DNA of 64,000 bases from Amphiscolops sp. MND2022. Taxonomy: Eukaryota. The notes under the pieces are model-generated. The model was not told where the DNA came from. It made no database searches and worked only from the letters and a program-made list of their open reading frames with translations. Location of the stretch: NCBI GenBank assembly GCA_964187785.1, contig OZ076409.1, positions 60,638,001-60,702,000 on the forward strand, written 5' to 3'. Positions 60,866 through 64,000 of the stretch are shown here, in pieces (the first letter of the stretch is position 1; each line of letters opens with the position of its first letter). A program made the translations under genes and the position numbers.

Positions 60866-63800
60866 TGTCCCAGGCGCATGCCTGTGATGGGAATGTCAAC
60901 GGGATCCCTCAGAACGCAGTGATAACGAACACCACACCCTCAAGCCTAATCCTCCTTTAGAAGCAAAGAATAACCCGACAAACTAAAACTATGAAATTTT
61001 TAAGTCATGTAATGCATTTATATTGCCATACACTGTCTCACCGAGACTGTAAAGTACATGTAATGTTGATTAGAAAAGCTTAATATTAGTGTCGATCAAA
61101 TAGTCTTTAAGACATTAAGGGACAAAACTAACCCACTTCATGTGCAGTACACAAAATTTAGTGTCAGTCACCATGCTTGCATGGAACTGTTTTTCAGGAG
61201 CGCTATTAAATTCAACTTGCTAAGTACTAATTTTTCTCAAGATGCCCTCAACGAGAAGCAAGAAAGCTAAAGCGAGGAGGTGGCAGGAAGCAGACATAAT
61301 GTCAGACATAGAGAACATGGACGTTATGCTGGGTACTGGTGAGTACAATCAGATAGAGAGGGACATTGACCAGATGACTGGTTTTTCTTATATGTTAAAT
61401 AGGTACGAGATTGAGGAAGGGCACTCCTTAAGAGGTAAATCCTCACAGGACAATGAAATCAGGAATATGCCTGAAAACAGGAATGATCATGTTTTCTCTG
61501 GGGACCTAGACATGTTAACGGGTGAAATAAACTTGAGGATTTCTCAAGAGATTGGGAGTTTGATAAATGGAATGAAGTCCCAGGTAGAAAGTGCGATAAG
61601 TTCCGCTATATCTGAAAGAATCATCCTTTAGATGCAGGGTGTTGTAGAGGCGATTTTAAACAGGCAATTAGAAGGTGTCTCGTCAATGTCCAGGAGACCT
61701 CAGAATACAGATAGTGATATCCGCAATGTGAAAGAGATTGATATGCAAAACTGGAACTCTCGTTCTCGGCTGAATTTTACAGAACCTGAGGATGAGTGTT
61801 CTTACATGGTGACAGGAGCCTTCCAACAACAAACATCAGTTACTGCGTTCTTAACTGGATGAATCCACACACAACCGACACTCAGCCGTCAAACCTCAAC
61901 AAGCACCATTAACATGAACACTACTCTGCCGGATCCTGAAAAGCCACCAATATTGTCCCAGGACCCCATAAATAGACTAGCTGATGTAATGGTCAATCTC
62001 CAGAACAAGCCCCAGAACCAATCATTTACCATGAGGCCCGTCAACATAACCACAAGGAAATTTGATGGCAAAAGCCAAAAATTTGAATTGTTTGAAGACC
62101 TTTTTCATACCATGATAAAAATGCAACCCGAGATGACAGAACAGATGAAGATTAACCACCTCCACTCCCTTCTGAGAAAAAATTGTCTCCAAACTTTCCG
62201 TAACATCAACTCTTCCAACAGACAAACACTTGAAGACGTTTTAATGATTTTCCGTAGAAACAACGTCAATCCCGAATCCCAAGCTACAGCCAAACATAAA
62301 TGGCACCGCCTAACATTTGACCCAGCCACTCTGAAATTGCGAGGCTTCTTGGAAGAATTAAACCAGGAGCGGAAAAAGCGTTTGGCGAAAACGCTAAAAG
62401 CATGATTGATAGCTTACTCTATGCCAAACTTCCACCCAAACTCAAACGATCTGTCAACATGGCCAGATTTGAAAATGGTGAGGAAATAGTGGCACACCTA
62501 GAACGCGAAATTGAACTGAACGCGCTTGAAGAATCAGAAGATTTACCTGTTGCGACCATGACATCAGCTCAGACAAAAGGTGGAGGCAACCTCCTCTCAT
62601 CAGGCATTGACCCAAAAACCAATTGAACCTAGTGTAAGGAAGAAGGACACCTTTATAAAAATTGCCCAAAATTGAAAGCCAAAAAAGAAAGAGAGTCGAA
62701 AGTTGGGAAAAAACCAATAATGGTATATCCTAAATGCCCCACCTGCGAAAAAAACAACCACCTAGCAGAAAGATGTTGGAAGGGAGCGGGCGCTCACCTC
62801 AACCCCAAACGAAAAAAAACTGAGGACAAGGAGACAATAGACGAATCCAACAAGAAAGAAGAACCCTCAGATAACAGATCTACCATATCGAAAACACCAA
62901 ATTCTATACTCAAAAATCCAAACCCAAAAAAAACTAATTTTGCCACGACTCCAAGTTTATCCGTTGACAAAAATTACCTATTTTGTCATATCTGACCCTC
63001 CATTAGCCACAAATAAAGAATATCAAAAATACACTGTTGGCATACCAACCGTTTTCTGGCAGCAACAGATGGAAGTTGCTCGAATTGAAACACAAAACAT
63101 AATTAATAACACCGATACATCTCTCCCCAAATGGGGGGATGACTATACTAACGACTTTACTACTAGATTCAGACCACTTTCCCTCATAGAAGATTACGAC
63201 CCCCTCTTATATAGATACTGACTACAACCGGGATCCTTACTGGGATGATGAATTATACGACCAACAACAACTACGATTCCATCAAAACCTATCACGTCAC
63301 ACAAATGATCAAGAAACAGACGATCCGGTGGTGAAAACAAAATAACATGCAATAATCCATCTATGGGAACCCGACCAGTCTACACCATCCGGACACTCTC
63401 AGCCCCGGGAGCGAAATGCAACACACATAAATGAGGAGACATCCGTCCTGGATGAGACCATTTTTGCTAACGTCTTTATATCTTTGGAAGGACCTCCACC
63501 TTACGTTCCTCTGTCAACTAACCTTGGCCTCAAATACAAACACAGGATGCTCTGTTTTCCCATGGACTTCGGTGCATGTACCGGTGCAAAACCGGATTCT
63601 GACCTCCGGAAAATCAAATTGATAACCCCTAAATCGATCAAAAGGAAGGTCCTCCTCCAAACTTCCCAATAATGGTAGTCAGCAGACAATTGGAAACACC
63701 AAAAGCTACAGTAGAACTCAAATTTGAAGTTGGAGGCTCTGAACTCCACGAAATTTTCGTAGTGATAGAAAACCTGACCGGACCCATGATAGGGCTCATG

Positions 63801-64000
63801 TTCATAGAGAAGAAACACATAGTACTGGACATGAGACAAGCGATACTAAATTTTCCTTATTTCTCCATGCAACTAGAAACCGCTGATCACAAATACTCCA
63901 ATGTCATGGAGCCGATTCTCAATCCATACGACATTACAATTCCACCTAACGACAGAGTGACAATCCAAATCCAATCTTAAATTTATTCTGAACATGCCGT
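60866..64000 (+). mobile_element. Second Gypsy element (related family), decayed, running off the window: LTR about 60866-61806, PBS, gag, start of pol
   Basis: TTACA|TGGTGACAGGAGCC at 61806/61807. Gag FDGKSQKFELFEDLF and CPTCEKNNHLAERC. A-run followed by ACTAA at the gag end (about 62925-62937). Protease-region similarity LDMRQAILNFPYFSMQL. Confidence 0.85.

Larger units (their letters stand above)
55768..61586. repeat. Diverged tandem duplication, units 55768-58842 and 58843-61586
   Basis: Paired ORFs (55971/59045, 56179/59290, 57296/60351, 58498/61242). Unit 2 lacks about 310 bp corresponding to 58158-58465. Confidence 0.92.

Overview
AT-rich, repeat-saturated eukaryotic (animal-like) genomic DNA with a 200-N gap at 32606-32805. 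The only clear host genes are two tandem minus-strand dithiol glutaredoxins: one has two exons (CPYC), the other is intronless (CPFC) and ends in a CaaX-like CSIS. The rest is mostly nested transposons: a Tc1-family element split by a solo LTR that itself holds an endonuclease-type Helitron (Helentron), many Helentron-type non-autonomous repeats, hAT and MULE-like elements with recognisable target-site duplications (TSDs), pogo, Penelope, CRE and L2/CR1 remnants, a decayed Copia, and two local tandem duplications of about 4 kb and 3 kb. The standout is a 16.2-kb Gypsy/Ty3 element at 34371-50569 (minus strand, 2.3-2.45 kb LTRs, ACCGC TSD) inserted into the Copia gag. Between pol and its 3' LTR it carries an ANTISENSE, 8-exon, phase-consistent gene of about 1,108 aa with a zinc finger and faint hAT-transposase-like motifs. 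Head-to-head with that gene is a sense acidic ORF that reads into the 3' LTR. The element's gag starts about 132 codons inside the 5' LTR, an architecture shared by two related LTR families in the window. All calls come from manual reading; no database searches were run.
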